Shown here in pieces: positions 1-9,699 of a stretch of 64,000 nucleotides of DNA. The DNA comes from a virus. Under the pieces are notes generated by a model. The model saw only the letters and a program-made list of their open reading frames with translations, was not told where the DNA came from and did no database searches. A program made the position numbers and the translations under genes. The stretch is taken from the IMG/VR virus record IMGVR_UViG_3300026382_000175, positions 16,915 to 80,914 of that record. One strand, 5' to 3'. Positions within the stretch are counted from its first letter, which is position 1; each line of letters opens with the position of its first letter.

Positions 1-238
1 CACCAAAATTAGAGTAGTGTTGTGAATAGTCTGGTACTGGTATTATTGAGATGTTGGATTGCTTTAAGGAGTAAAGTTCATTAGTTTCAGAGTGGAAAGA
101 TTTAGCTAAAAATCCTTCAGGAGTGTTTTGGTTGGGAGAGTAAACATCAGCTTGAGTTCCATATATCCTTACTAAGACATTAAATACCTTTACAGAAATC
201 TTACTGAGTATTAGTGAAAGGTTGTCTAGAATAGCCAT
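1..238 (-). CDS. 5' part of a gene running off the window edge, probably a head-completion/neck protein
   Basis: Manual translation MAILDNLSLILSKISVKVFNVLVRIYGTQADVYSP... stays open to position 1; ATG overlaps the upstream stop (TAATG). Confidence 0.6.
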   Translation of the reverse strand, partial: MAILDNLSLILSKISVKVFNVLVRIYGTQADVYSPNQNTPEGFLAKSFHSETNELYSLKQSNISIIPVPDYSQHYSNFG

Positions 239-426
239 TACTGTTCTTCCTTATTAGTTGCTGTAAGGAGCTTCAAGGCTCTACTGTAAAGTAAGGTAGA
301 TAAAGTCCTATCTTCTTCATAAAGGAGTAAAGCAGTATTTAATAATTGGATAGCCTCTATAATGTAGAGAGTAGGTTCTTTACTGCTTAACCTAACTATT
401 AATCTTACTATGGCTTGCTTGTCCAT
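238..426 (-). CDS. hypothetical protein
   Basis: 62-aa ORF translationally coupled to the next gene. Confidence 0.6.
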   Translation of the reverse strand: MDKQAIVRLIVRLSSKEPTLYIIEAIQLLNTALLLYEEDRTLSTLLYSRALKLLTATNKEEQ

Positions 427-437
427 TTGAACTCTCT

Positions 438-548
438 AGTATTACGATTAGTTAGATTAGTATTACTAAGTATTACGAATTCTTATTGACCCTAGGGAAT
501 TTTGAATAGCAGTAATACTAAGTAATACGAATTGGCTAAAAATATTAC
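438..548. repeat. AGTATTAC/AGTAATAC box array flanking a central core (site A; homologous to 27721-27791)
   Basis: Boxes at 438, 459, 469 and inverted boxes at 511, 521; ungapped 71-bp alignment to site B with about 14 mismatches. Confidence 0.85.
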
Positions 549-1303
549 TAACCCAGTACAGCCTCTATGTAACCTGCATTCTTAACCCAATCTACTAACT
601 GCTGATCAGTCATTCCATTCTTACCTTTAACTCTCTTATCCCTTACAAACTGAAGGAAAGAGGCTTCATCAGAAAAGCTTTCTACACTACCACTAGGGTA
701 AACTACATCAAAAGTATCTCCATCGTAAGTAATGACTACCTTAGTAGCCTCTTCCTCAGTTTTCTTAAAAATCTTCCTTAAGAGTTGAAGAACTTTAGTC
801 CTCTTCCTACAAATCTCATCTCCTTTCCTATCTCCTGAACAACCATACCTATTGTAGAAGAAGTTTACTCTAGCAACAGCTTGCTTATAATCCTTAGAAG
901 CCTTAGCTACTGTTTTAGCTATTGTCTCAGGGTCTTTAGTAAATAAACCTTCAGGAGGATGCCACTTAGGTTTAACTTTACTTACCCAGTTAGCCTCATC
1001 TATCTCTAAGAGTAGGCTGTTAAGTCTTTCTATTAACCTCATTTCATTAACTCCACAAACCTTTTTAAGTTTCTGTATTAGTGAAAGCGTTTTAGAGCTG
1101 AATTTTCTTTCCTTAGCTAGCTTTATTACTCTACAAACAAAGATTCTCTGGTAGTTAGATTTACAACCAAACTTAAGTATCTCCTCCAACCTTCTCTGAA
1201 GAGAGTCCTCTGGAAGTAAGTGAAGATGATTAATTAGGAAAAGGAAGGAGGCTTGGTCTATGAAGAACTTAGGGAGTTGTTCTTTAACCTTCCTCTCCTC
1301 CAC
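548..1303 (-). CDS. DUF3175-like protein; probably two genes (second start ATG 1042)
   Basis: PPEGLFTKDPETIA...ARVNFFYNR resembles DUF3175; GTG 1303 has SD AAGGAG; internal GGAG plus ATG 1042 begins MRLIERLNSLLLE. Confidence 0.55.
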   Translation of the reverse strand: MEERKVKEQLPKFFIDQASFLFLINHLHLLPEDSLQRRLEEILKFGCKSNYQRIFVCRVIKLAKERKFSSKTLSLIQKLKKVCGVNEMRLIERLNSLLLEIDEANWVSKVKPKWHPPEGLFTKDPETIAKTVAKASKDYKQAVARVNFFYNRYGCSGDRKGDEICRKRTKVLQLLRKIFKKTEEEATKVVITYDGDTFDVVYPSGSVESFSDEASFLQFVRDKRVKGKNGMTDQQLVDWVKNAGYIEAVLG

Positions 1304-1622
1304 TTTGAAGCTCCTTAGCCTTATTCTCAATAAACTCTACCATAGCTTTAAGTCCACCTTCATCTACCTCATAAGAATCAAAGACAATGTTACCATTTTC
1401 ATCTAGCTTAGTATTTACTTGGAGGATTTCTTTACCTGCTACATTAATAGCTACCATATAAGTACCTTGCTCTTCATCAATAGGGTCAAAGTCAAAATAA
1501 GAAGATTCTCTAAGGATAATCCCCATTTTATCGTAGAGGTCTTGAGTAAGAGCTTCTTTAACCTTTTTCTTCCTAGACTTACACCTCTCTACTAAAGCTA
1601 AAAGTCTTTTAGCGTTAGCCAT
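1284..1622 (-). CDS. hypothetical head-region protein
   Basis: 112-aa ORF with strong SD GAGGAGGT. Confidence 0.75.
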   Translation of the reverse strand: MANAKRLLALVERCKSRKKKVKEALTQDLYDKMGIILRESSYFDFDPIDEEQGTYMVAINVAGKEILQVNTKLDENGNIVFDSYEVDEGGLKAMVEFIENKAKELQSGGEEG

Positions 1623-1635
1623 AACTTAACCTCCT

Positions 1636-1827
1636 CTACATAACTGAATCTTTCCAATCTATTGCTAGTGTAGGGCAATTTTGGATACATAACCCACAAT
1701 TTAAACAAGAGGATTCACTTGAACTAGAAAAGTGAGGGTAATCGTTAAGAATTTGAAAACAACCCATAGGACATTCATCTACACAGATATAGCATTGAAT
1801 ACACAACTCGTAATCTATTTTTACCAT
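1636..1827 (-). CDS. 2x[4Fe-4S] ferredoxin
   Basis: Two CxxCxxCxxxCP motifs (CIQCYICVDECP, CLNCGLCIQNCP). Confidence 0.9.
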   Translation of the reverse strand: MVKIDYELCIQCYICVDECPMGCFQILNDYPHFSSSSESSCLNCGLCIQNCPTLAIDWKDSVM

Positions 1828-1829
1828 TC

Positions 1830-2264
1830 CTATCCCTCTACCTCAACTTCTACTTCGCACTCTCCATCTTCCATAGCACAAAGAACTGCATCTTCAGCAG
1901 TAGGATTGGACTTAAGTTGGAGTAGCTTAGCTATTGCATCTACTTTGTTAAGAGCTGAAAAGATAGGATTACCTTGCTCATCTACTAAATCAAAAGTAGG
2001 AGCATCTGAACCATTAAAAATAAGTTTAGCTTTTATAACTTTAGCTTCATTAGATTGTTCAGGCTCTTCTGTAGGTTGTTCTGGTTCTTGGTCATCTACC
2101 TTCCTAGTCATAGGAGTACCACACTTAGGACAATCATAATTAGAGCAAGGTATTCCCATAGGAGCTTCCATCTCATAACCACAGTTAGGACATACGCAAG
2201 TTTTAGTGGGGATTTCTATATCTAACTCCTCTAGTAGAGAAATTATTTCATGTATCTTTGCCAT
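1830..2264 (-). CDS. Cys-rich zinc-ribbon protein
   Basis: CVCPNCG...PC...CPKCGTPM; SD AAGGAGGT. Confidence 0.75.
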   Translation of the reverse strand: MAKIHEIISLLEELDIEIPTKTCVCPNCGYEMEAPMGIPCSNYDCPKCGTPMTRKVDDQEPEQPTEEPEQSNEAKVIKAKLIFNGSDAPTFDLVDEQGNPIFSALNKVDAIAKLLQLKSNPTAEDAVLCAMEDGECEVEVEVEG

Positions 2265-2285
2265 ACCTTAACCTCCTTTATTACT

Positions 2286-2315
2286 GAAAATGGGAGAGGG
2301 TTGGTACCCTCTCCC
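2286..2315 (-). terminator. intrinsic terminator after the major capsid gene
   Basis: 10-bp stem GGGAGAGGGT/ACCCTCTCCC followed by ATTTT on the minus strand. Confidence 0.75.
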
Positions 2316-2323
2316 TATATCAA

Positions 2324-3706
2324 TTAAGCATTCTTAACTTCAAGCTTACCTACGAACTGAGGAACAATAACTTCTACTCCAGCCCATACAGCAACAGCCC
2401 TCTGGTTTGTTAGTGGGTTAGGAGAAAGTGGAATGAGGTCTGTTGTAGTAAGAGGCATATAAGGAGCATAAACTGCTGCACCTTCAAATGGGTTATCAGG
2501 ATTGTAAACTCCTAGTGCTACATTAGCAGGGAGTGCATTAGCATCGTTAACCCTGATAACAGTTACTCCATCAAGAGTACCGAATACATGAGCACCCATT
2601 GCCTTACCATCAGCAATCTTCTCAAATCCAGGGAGAGTTGAAAGAATGGATGCTACCTTAGCACCTGCTATGATAACATTAATAACTCCTCTACCTGCAT
2701 TCTGAACAATAGAACCTTCAAGATCTGCTAATGCATCCTTAGCTGTTTGCTTATGTTCAAAGTAGCTTACTCCATCTGGAGGAGTTTTATCCCAATTAAT
2801 AACTCCACCAGCAGGATTAGCATTCATCTTCCTGATAAGGTCGCCACCAATTTCATTATTAATAGCTACAACCAGGTCTTTAGCTAGTTCATCTTCAGCT
2901 ACAATTCCAAACCTTTGCCTGAGAGCATAGGATTGGAGAAGTCCTACTACTCCTTTAAGAGCATAAATCCTAGCTGTAACAGGTACAGATTCAAATACAG
3001 AACCAATGCTAGGTAGATCTGCTTGAGCTTCTACATCAAGCTGATATCCAACTACAATAGAAGTTCCACTAGCAGGAGCATCAGCAAAGTGGAGTTCTAC
3101 TGTACCAGTTTTGTAGTCAATAGAACCCCAAACTCCTACTCCAAGGATTACTCCATTACCATCATCCTTACCATAAACATTTCCAGCTTTAACTTGGAAA
3201 GTTTCAGGTCTTACAGGAACAGGTTCAATTGTTACTGTGAAGTCTTTAGTAGTACCATCTCCAGTAGCTACTTCTTTATCTGAGATTACATTAGAAGCAA
3301 GTCCACTAGGAAGAACTGCTCCAGTTCTAGGGTCAATAATAGTATCTCCTGTGTCTTGCCTCTTGATTACTTTGAAGTAAACATTTCCACGCTCTTCTTC
3401 AATGTTCTGTACACTAGCTATGAAAGGAATAACAGAGTTACCATAAGCTACTGTGATAACATCAAAAGCTACTTTGGGAAGAGCTCCTAGTGAGCTAAGT
3501 CCATCTTCCCTAACAGTAGCTTCAAGCATTTCCCACTTTTCAAGTTCTTTACCAAGCTGAACTACATCCCAAGCTTGAACTCCTTTAAGCTTACCAAGGA
3601 TAGTATGGGATTCAAGGGTTTCTACCTGCTCACGATACCTTTTAAAGTAGCTCTCTGCTTGTGCTTCTACTTCCCTAAGCTTCTTTTCAATAATGAGTTC
3701 GCTCAT
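2324..3706 (-). CDS. major capsid protein, T4 gp23-like
   Basis: 460 aa after protease/scaffold; gp23-like motifs (AINNEI, GTLDG, YAPYMPL); followed by a terminator. Confidence 0.9.
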   Translation of the reverse strand: MSELIIEKKLREVEAQAESYFKRYREQVETLESHTILGKLKGVQAWDVVQLGKELEKWEMLEATVREDGLSSLGALPKVAFDVITVAYGNSVIPFIASVQNIEEERGNVYFKVIKRQDTGDTIIDPRTGAVLPSGLASNVISDKEVATGDGTTKDFTVTIEPVPVRPETFQVKAGNVYGKDDGNGVILGVGVWGSIDYKTGTVELHFADAPASGTSIVVGYQLDVEAQADLPSIGSVFESVPVTARIYALKGVVGLLQSYALRQRFGIVAEDELAKDLVVAINNEIGGDLIRKMNANPAGGVINWDKTPPDGVSYFEHKQTAKDALADLEGSIVQNAGRGVINVIIAGAKVASILSTLPGFEKIADGKAMGAHVFGTLDGVTVIRVNDANALPANVALGVYNPDNPFEGAAVYAPYMPLTTTDLIPLSPNPLTNQRAVAVWAGVEVIVPQFVGKLEVKNA

Positions 3707-3773
3707 ATTAATCCTCCTTTGCTTGTTTAATTTGGATTGAATTGGATTTAACTAACCTGATAGTGCAGGTTAG

Positions 3774-5159
3774 TTACTTGAGGAATGATTCAGCTATCCT
3801 TACTGTTCTGGGTTTAAGGAACTTGGGAGTATCTTCTTTGGTTTCGTCTACCTTAGATGAGGAAACTTTATACTTATTAACATACTTAGCTGATTCAGTC
3901 ATCCTAGAGAGAACTTCTTTAGCTTCCTCTACTCCTAACTTAGAAACTAACCTTTCTACAACTTCCTTGTCTGCTTTAAACTCTTTAGCTAGTTCCTCTA
4001 CTTGCTTATTGAGTTTTTCCTCCTTGAGCTTAAGGAGAACCTGCTCTATACCTTTAAGGAATTCTTCAACCTCTTCTAATGAACCTACCCTAGACTGGAA
4101 GTCTGCTAGTTTTTCTAGTGTGGATTTAGCTTTTTCTAAGGTTTCCTTAATTTCTTCAGGAGTACCTAACTCAAGGTACTTTTCAAGAGTTTCTTTAGAC
4201 TTGAGGAGAGACTCTTCAACTTCTTCAGGAGAACCTATTTTGAGGTAAGCTTTGAGGATTTCCTCAGACTCTTTTAGAGCCTCTTTAATCTCCTCAGGAG
4301 TACCTAGTACCTCATACTTAACAAGAGTTTCTTTGAGGGATTTGAGCTCCTCTTCTACCTTAGTGAGGCTCTCCTTTACAGATTTAGCTTCCTCTTGGTT
4401 CTTTTGGAGCCCTTCAAGTTGTCTTTTGAGTTCCTCATTTTCCTTAAGAACTTTGTCTAGCTCTTTTTCTAGTTCTACTTTCTCTTTAGTAAGTTGTTCA
4501 AGGACTTGTTCCATAGCCATGCTCTTATCCTCCTTAACCTGAATTTGATTAAAGTTAGTTTGGTTGTCTGATATACTACATATACCTCCTAAACATTCCT
4601 TTAAGTCTTGCTTTATGGATTCAACTAGTTCAGGGTTAGCTTGTAAGAATCCTGGGTCATAAACGAAATCAAAACCTATCAGTTCATACTTATCAGGATT
4701 TAAAGCTGGGACTTTACCAGTAGGGTCTTTACCTTCATATTCTCCAAATGCTCTAGAGGATACATAGAGTTTAGCTCCTGCTCTTAATAAAGTATTAAGA
4801 ACCCTACCAGCAGGAGTGTTAAGAATTAGAGCTTCTCCTATACCTCTACCTTGCTCATCTATGTAGAGGTTAGTTACTATGTGAGAAATCTTACCTTCTG
4901 CTATTGTGTTGTCGTTTATAGGAGTATCATGACCAATAGTTCCAAACATTCGTCTTTCTTTAAGCTTCTTTTGGATATCTGGATTGGATATTACCTTTTC
5001 CCAAAGCTTACGAGGGTAGAAGCGATTGTTTCTAGAGTAACCATCTGGTACAAAGAATTGGCCTTTTACCTTACCTAAGATGTGAATACCATCTACTTCG
5101 TTAGACTCTTGCAGTGTGAACTGAATTTGTGGTTCTATGAGGTCAACTAACCTTTCCAT
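3774..5159 (-). CDS. prohead protease (gp21-like) fused to coiled-coil scaffold
   Basis: NNRFYP, GTIGH, ILNTPAG, VSSRAFG, FDFVYDPGF motifs; C-terminal heptads with GTPEEI repeats; internal SD plus ATG at 4520. Confidence 0.9.
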   Translation of the reverse strand: MERLVDLIEPQIQFTLQESNEVDGIHILGKVKGQFFVPDGYSRNNRFYPRKLWEKVISNPDIQKKLKERRMFGTIGHDTPINDNTIAEGKISHIVTNLYIDEQGRGIGEALILNTPAGRVLNTLLRAGAKLYVSSRAFGEYEGKDPTGKVPALNPDKYELIGFDFVYDPGFLQANPELVESIKQDLKECLGGICSISDNQTNFNQIQVKEDKSMAMEQVLEQLTKEKVELEKELDKVLKENEELKRQLEGLQKNQEEAKSVKESLTKVEEELKSLKETLVKYEVLGTPEEIKEALKESEEILKAYLKIGSPEEVEESLLKSKETLEKYLELGTPEEIKETLEKAKSTLEKLADFQSRVGSLEEVEEFLKGIEQVLLKLKEEKLNKQVEELAKEFKADKEVVERLVSKLGVEEAKEVLSRMTESAKYVNKYKVSSSKVDETKEDTPKFLKPRTVRIAESFLK

Positions 5160-6084
5160 CGTATTTCCTCACTAATTCAAGAAATAGTGAAACTGGGATT
5201 GTTTTTATAATTTGGCACTGAGAACCTTTTATGTTAGAGTAGCTGATACTAGGGTAGTTGTAAGCAACTCTACTCTTCTCTAATGGATCAAATAGTATCT
5301 TAGACTTATCTCCTGATATTATCAATGCATGGTTTACTTTAGGTTCACCTTGCTGTGATAAGGTTATAGAAGGGTTATTACCACAAGACACTAAAGCTAT
5401 TGAGTGAGAGTGATACTTATCAGGGTTGTCATAAACCTGCTTTGCTACCTGAGCATAGCAGGAAGAGTTAGCAGGATTGTTAGAGAGGGCGAAAAGTAGC
5501 ATTTTCTTTAACACATCTTTTACTGTAAACAAGTCCTCTCCTATTATGTCTAGGAGGAATTCTACATCCTCTTTATCAAGTCTATTCTCTATAAGAACCT
5601 TCTTCTCTATTTCCTCTATTAGAGGTAATACTTCTTCAGTAAAGAGCTCGTACTCAACTTCTTCTAAGAGTGGTTTGTAGTAAGCTCCTTCTATATACCA
5701 ATGGGTTTTAAGGCTGGAGAGTAGCTTGAGGAATTCGTATCTTTCTGATGGGGGTAAATAAGATTCACTCCTGAATAACCTAGTAGCTAAGAATCTACCT
5801 AGTGCTCTGTGAAACCTTTTACCAGATATAGATTTGTGCCACTTTCTTAGAGCTAAGAGGTATTTAGTTCTGTACTTTTTCCAGTTCTGCTTTTGGATTA
5901 AAGAACGCTTCCTATCTTTTAACCTTTTCTTTAGAGGTTTACGACGCTTAATAATACCTTGCCAGATTTCTTCAATGGCTTCTTGTGAGAGGTTTTCTAC
6001 ATCATTAAGGGTTTCATATTGGTTTAGTAAACCTGCTTCAGAAAGAAGTAATATTTTGTCGTTTGGGTCTCTAAACTTTATCAT
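5143..6084 (-). CDS. hypothetical head-module protein (basic, possibly prohead core)
   Basis: 313-aa ORF with Arg/Lys-rich segment, adjacent to the protease gene. Confidence 0.65.
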   Translation of the reverse strand: MIKFRDPNDKILLLSEAGLLNQYETLNDVENLSQEAIEEIWQGIIKRRKPLKKRLKDRKRSLIQKQNWKKYRTKYLLALRKWHKSISGKRFHRALGRFLATRLFRSESYLPPSERYEFLKLLSSLKTHWYIEGAYYKPLLEEVEYELFTEEVLPLIEEIEKKVLIENRLDKEDVEFLLDIIGEDLFTVKDVLKKMLLFALSNNPANSSCYAQVAKQVYDNPDKYHSHSIALVSCGNNPSITLSQQGEPKVNHALIISGDKSKILFDPLEKSRVAYNYPSISYSNIKGSQCQIIKTIPVSLFLELVRKYDGKVS

Positions 6085-6809
6085 TGGGTTGCCCTTTTGA
6101 ACTGTTCTAAGTAATCTAGAGCCTTCTTAACTATCCTGCGAGTTAACCTAGAAGTACAAGGAAACTCATCAAAATAAGTCCAATAAGTATTTCCATACTT
6201 TACGAGGGAATTCCTTATCTTTCTACACTGTTCTAGGGTAGAATTAGATAAGTAGTTCCTAAACTGCTTTTCTATAATTGGGTAAACAAAGGCTAAAGTT
6301 GCATAAGTAACAGCAAAAGCTTCAACTTCTATTGGATTAAGATGGTAAACAGGAGACTTCTTTAAAGCATTACCTTTGTGCTGGAAGTAATGAACCAGTT
6401 CATGGAGTAAAGTGCTTAGGAAGGAAGCTAATAACTTTCTCTCTGGAAATTTTACTACCTCATCTTTTAAAAGGTAGATGTGGATAGACTTAGGTTGAGG
6501 TTTATATCTACCAGCTACGCTTTTACTCTCTACAATCCAAAAGTTAACTGAAACGGACTCTCCTTTAGGCAAGGAGAGAGTAAAAGCAAGCCAAACATAA
6601 CTATCAGTATATTCCCAAAACTTAACTCCTAAGTTTGAGTGATGGATGTAGTCTCCTAAACAATAATAGAAGTTTTGAGACCTTTTACAGTACTTTACTC
6701 CCTGCTTTAACTCCTTAACAAACCTACTAGAAAAGTCCAGTAAAGAAGATAAGTCTATTTTGTTAATAAACCTCTCCAATAAGCTTAACACTTGTCTTGA
6801 AAGAGTCAT
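6081..6809 (-). CDS. putative zinc metallopeptidase
   Basis: LLHELVHYFQ (HExxH) plus downstream EVEA. Confidence 0.7.
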   Translation of the reverse strand: MTLSRQVLSLLERFINKIDLSSLLDFSSRFVKELKQGVKYCKRSQNFYYCLGDYIHHSNLGVKFWEYTDSYVWLAFTLSLPKGESVSVNFWIVESKSVAGRYKPQPKSIHIYLLKDEVVKFPERKLLASFLSTLLHELVHYFQHKGNALKKSPVYHLNPIEVEAFAVTYATLAFVYPIIEKQFRNYLSNSTLEQCRKIRNSLVKYGNTYWTYFDEFPCTSRLTRRIVKKALDYLEQFKRATQ

Positions 6810-7381
6810 CTTTTCTTACCACCATACCTGTACTGTTCTGGGTACCAAAGGATTTGACCTTTTACCATACCTGTTTTGAAGAGCTTATTACACACTAATA
6901 CCAGATGTTTACAAAGTGCAGGCACTTTAAAAGGGTTCCTCACCTTATTAGGTACTTTGTTCCAAGGAGATGTTATCCTTGCTAAGCTTGCTCTAATGTA
7001 GAGTGGATAGGCTAAAAAGTATCTAAAGGCTTCACATTGACACCACACTTCACAAGGTAAGTCCCAGTTCCATTCTATATCTTCATTCTTCCTGTGTAAC
7101 TGAATAATACAGTTGAAAAACTTTCCTGGTCTGGTAGCTGATTTAACTCTAGCCCATATGTCTAAAGAAAGTAGGTCTTCAGATAGTTTAAACCTGATTA
7201 TCTTTACTGGTTGAGGAGGAATAGGGTCATACTTGAAAACTTCATAAGGAAAGTTTACATATAGCTGATGTAAGGTTACTTTAGACTTCCTACGCTTCCA
7301 TCTAGGTAACTCTACTATCTGAGATGGATCAGGTTTATTAGACTTTTCTAGCAATCTTAAAACCTCTTGGGATAGGTTCAT
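6806..7381 (-). CDS. SWIM zinc-finger protein
   Basis: CQCEAF...LCKHL signature. Confidence 0.75.
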   Translation of the reverse strand: MNLSQEVLRLLEKSNKPDPSQIVELPRWKRRKSKVTLHQLYVNFPYEVFKYDPIPPQPVKIIRFKLSEDLLSLDIWARVKSATRPGKFFNCIIQLHRKNEDIEWNWDLPCEVWCQCEAFRYFLAYPLYIRASLARITSPWNKVPNKVRNPFKVPALCKHLVLVCNKLFKTGMVKGQILWYPEQYRYGGKKR

Positions 7382-7383
7382 TA

Positions 7384-7887
7384 CTACTTACCTTTAGAAA
7401 GCTTTTTGAGTTCTGTAAAGAGGGTTATAAAGGCTTCTCTCATACCCTTTAATACTGAGTCCTGTTCAAACCTCTTTACTGAGGATAAAGTGTCTTGGGA
7501 AAGCTCTTCTTTAGATATCACTAGTTTAGTTTGTAATCTTTGAGGTAGTCCTGGAACATATTCTCTAGCTTTGGAAAAGCCTGCTGAAACTTGAAGAACC
7601 ACTCTATCAGAAAGCTCATTAGCTAAAACCTGAAGAGAGGCTACTGAGTATCTAGCATCAGGCTTCTTAGAAAAGTCTAACCAGATTCCATCTTTCTTGG
7701 TAAACTTTACTTTTACTATTGCCTCATAAGTAAATGTTCTTCCAGGGAAGATAGCATCTTGAGGGTCAGTAGGCCACTCTGGTATTAGGTACATTAAAAG
7801 TTCTCTTATAAACCATCTTAAGTTTAGGTCTTGCTTATCAGTTAGCTCTTCTAACAAGAGGTTGAGGTTATCTATTAACCTACCCAT
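7384..7887 (-). CDS. hypothetical protein
   Basis: 167-aa ORF, SD GAGGAG. Confidence 0.7.
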   Translation of the reverse strand: MGRLIDNLNLLLEELTDKQDLNLRWFIRELLMYLIPEWPTDPQDAIFPGRTFTYEAIVKVKFTKKDGIWLDFSKKPDARYSVASLQVLANELSDRVVLQVSAGFSKAREYVPGLPQRLQTKLVISKEELSQDTLSSVKRFEQDSVLKGMREAFITLFTELKKLSKGK

Positions 7888-7899
7888 TTACTACTCCTC

Positions 7900-7974
7900 T
7901 TAGATTAATATTGAAGATTGTTGAAGTTTCTCTATTGTGTCTTCGTATAAATCCTTACCTTCTGATGCTAGGAT
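7900..7974 (-). pseudogene. orphan duplicate 3' end of the neck gene 9100-9696
   Basis: Translates ILASEGKDLYEDTIEKLQQSSILI* versus ILASEGQKLYEDTIETLRQTSILL* at the end of 9100-9696. Confidence 0.9.
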
Positions 7975-7979
7975 TAAAA

Positions 7980-9090
7980 TCAGCTTAAATTCCACTTATA
8001 ACCATAGTCTTGTTTAATTGGTTCTGGACAAGAACCAATGTAGTTAAGAAACTTAATAGTCTCATCTGGGTTTAATCTGATAACTGGATATTTCTCTTTT
8101 GAAATATGATACTTAACTTTAATACCTACTTCACTAAACTTCTCAATTAAGAACCCTACATCTTCAAGTAAAAAAAGAATTCGTATAAAGGTGAATATAA
8201 GGTCTTCTTTTCTTATTGTATCTCTTTATCAGACTCCCATCTCCAATATACCAATGTAAACAAACTATTGGAGTTAACTCCAAATCTTTTGGTACTATCT
8301 TTTTACCCTCTGGATACCATCTAAGATATTGCTCTGTTAGGCAAGGATAGGGTTTTGTTATAAAATGATAAGTAACACTGTTAAATCGCTTATGTTCTTT
8401 CCTATAAATTCTTGAACACTCCAAACCTTCATCAATAAACTGTTGTCTTAGCCATTCTATATAATTCTTGTGTTTATCTCCATGTTGATAATAAGCATTT
8501 CCTTTTACTCTCTTATCTTTTGTTAAACAACCATCCCCTAAAAGAAGACCATCCAACATTTGTTTAAATTCTTCTGATAAAGTAAGATTATAATTTTTAA
8601 CAGTTGAACAGGCTTCTTTCTTCTCTCTCCTTTCTATATTGTGTCTTATCAACCAAATTCTTATAGTCTCATCGTCAACGCCTAATTCCTTTGCAATCTG
8701 GCAAGAAGATTTCCTGTTTACTACATACTCCTGATATAACCGATCTTTATCCATATAAGGTTTAAATTCTTCTCTTGTCTTAAACCCAAACTTCTTAAAA
8801 TAAAAGTCCAACGATGGAGGAATAATACCACATTCCCTAGCTATCTGAGATTTAGACTTCTTTAGAACATAATACTGATAATAAAGCCAATCCTTATCCT
8901 TGTAATACTCCTTCTTATTAAGATTTTTCTTTACATTAGGTTCTCTTCTTGGAATGTCAAACCTGATTAACCAATTTCTTATTGTAGCAGGGTCAACTTT
9001 TAACTCTTTTGCTATCTGTCTGGTAGACTTGCCTAATTCCCAATATTGGTGATAAAGCCAATCTTTATCCTTATAAGGTTTGTTTACCAC
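7980..9090 (-). mobile_element. free-standing LAGLIDADG homing endonuclease with N-terminal HTH repeats; +1 frameshift in the T7 run at about 8170-8176
   Basis: LDGLLLGDG and WYIGDG motifs; three YxDKDxLY..Y...KS..QIAxE repeats; removing one T extends the ORF through ...GYKWNLS* to 7980. Confidence 0.85.
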
Positions 9091-9099
9091 TTATAACCT

Positions 9100-9696
9100 C
9101 TACAACAATATTGAGGTTTGTCTTAAGGTTTCAATTGTATCTTCATAAAGCTTTTGTCCTTCAGATGCAAGTATTTCGGAATCATTGGTAATTGGAAGAT
9201 CATTCAATGAAAAGCTTCTCCTACTCCTAGCTAATCCCATTAAGAACTCTGCTGTTATTAAGTCTAGGTAAAGCTCATCCTCAAGTTCTATAAACTTTTT
9301 ACCTGAATCATCAGTTTTGATTTCCCACTCAAACCAAGCTACAACTTCTGCTTTACCATTGAAGTTAGTGTAGAGAGTAGGTTTCCTATACTCCCACTCT
9401 ATAAATGGGGTATTTCCAGATTGAGTAGCTATTTGTAGTAGTGGATTGAATACAGTAGAGTAGCAAGGATTTACATCTGATATGTAGTAAGGTATGTTTT
9501 CAGTAAAAGTGTATTGGTAGTTAGTTAGGGTTATAAAGAGCTTTTCCCTAATAGGTTTATACTTAGAGTAAGTTTTGAGAGTCTTTTTAACTAAAACCTC
9601 AAACTTATCGTAGTCTAGCTCTACATCATCTTTACCTATTAAGAACTGACCTGAACGGATAAGGATTAAGTTAAAGAGCTCTTCCAAGGTTAACAT
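9100..9696 (-). CDS. putative neck/head-completion protein (gp13-like)
   Basis: Position in head module; C-terminal N.SEILASEG..L resembles gp13-type neck proteins. Confidence 0.55.
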   Translation of the reverse strand: MLTLEELFNLILIRSGQFLIGKDDVELDYDKFEVLVKKTLKTYSKYKPIREKLFITLTNYQYTFTENIPYYISDVNPCYSTVFNPLLQIATQSGNTPFIEWEYRKPTLYTNFNGKAEVVAWFEWEIKTDDSGKKFIELEDELYLDLITAEFLMGLARSRRSFSLNDLPITNDSEILASEGQKLYEDTIETLRQTSILL

Positions 9697-9699
9697 TGA

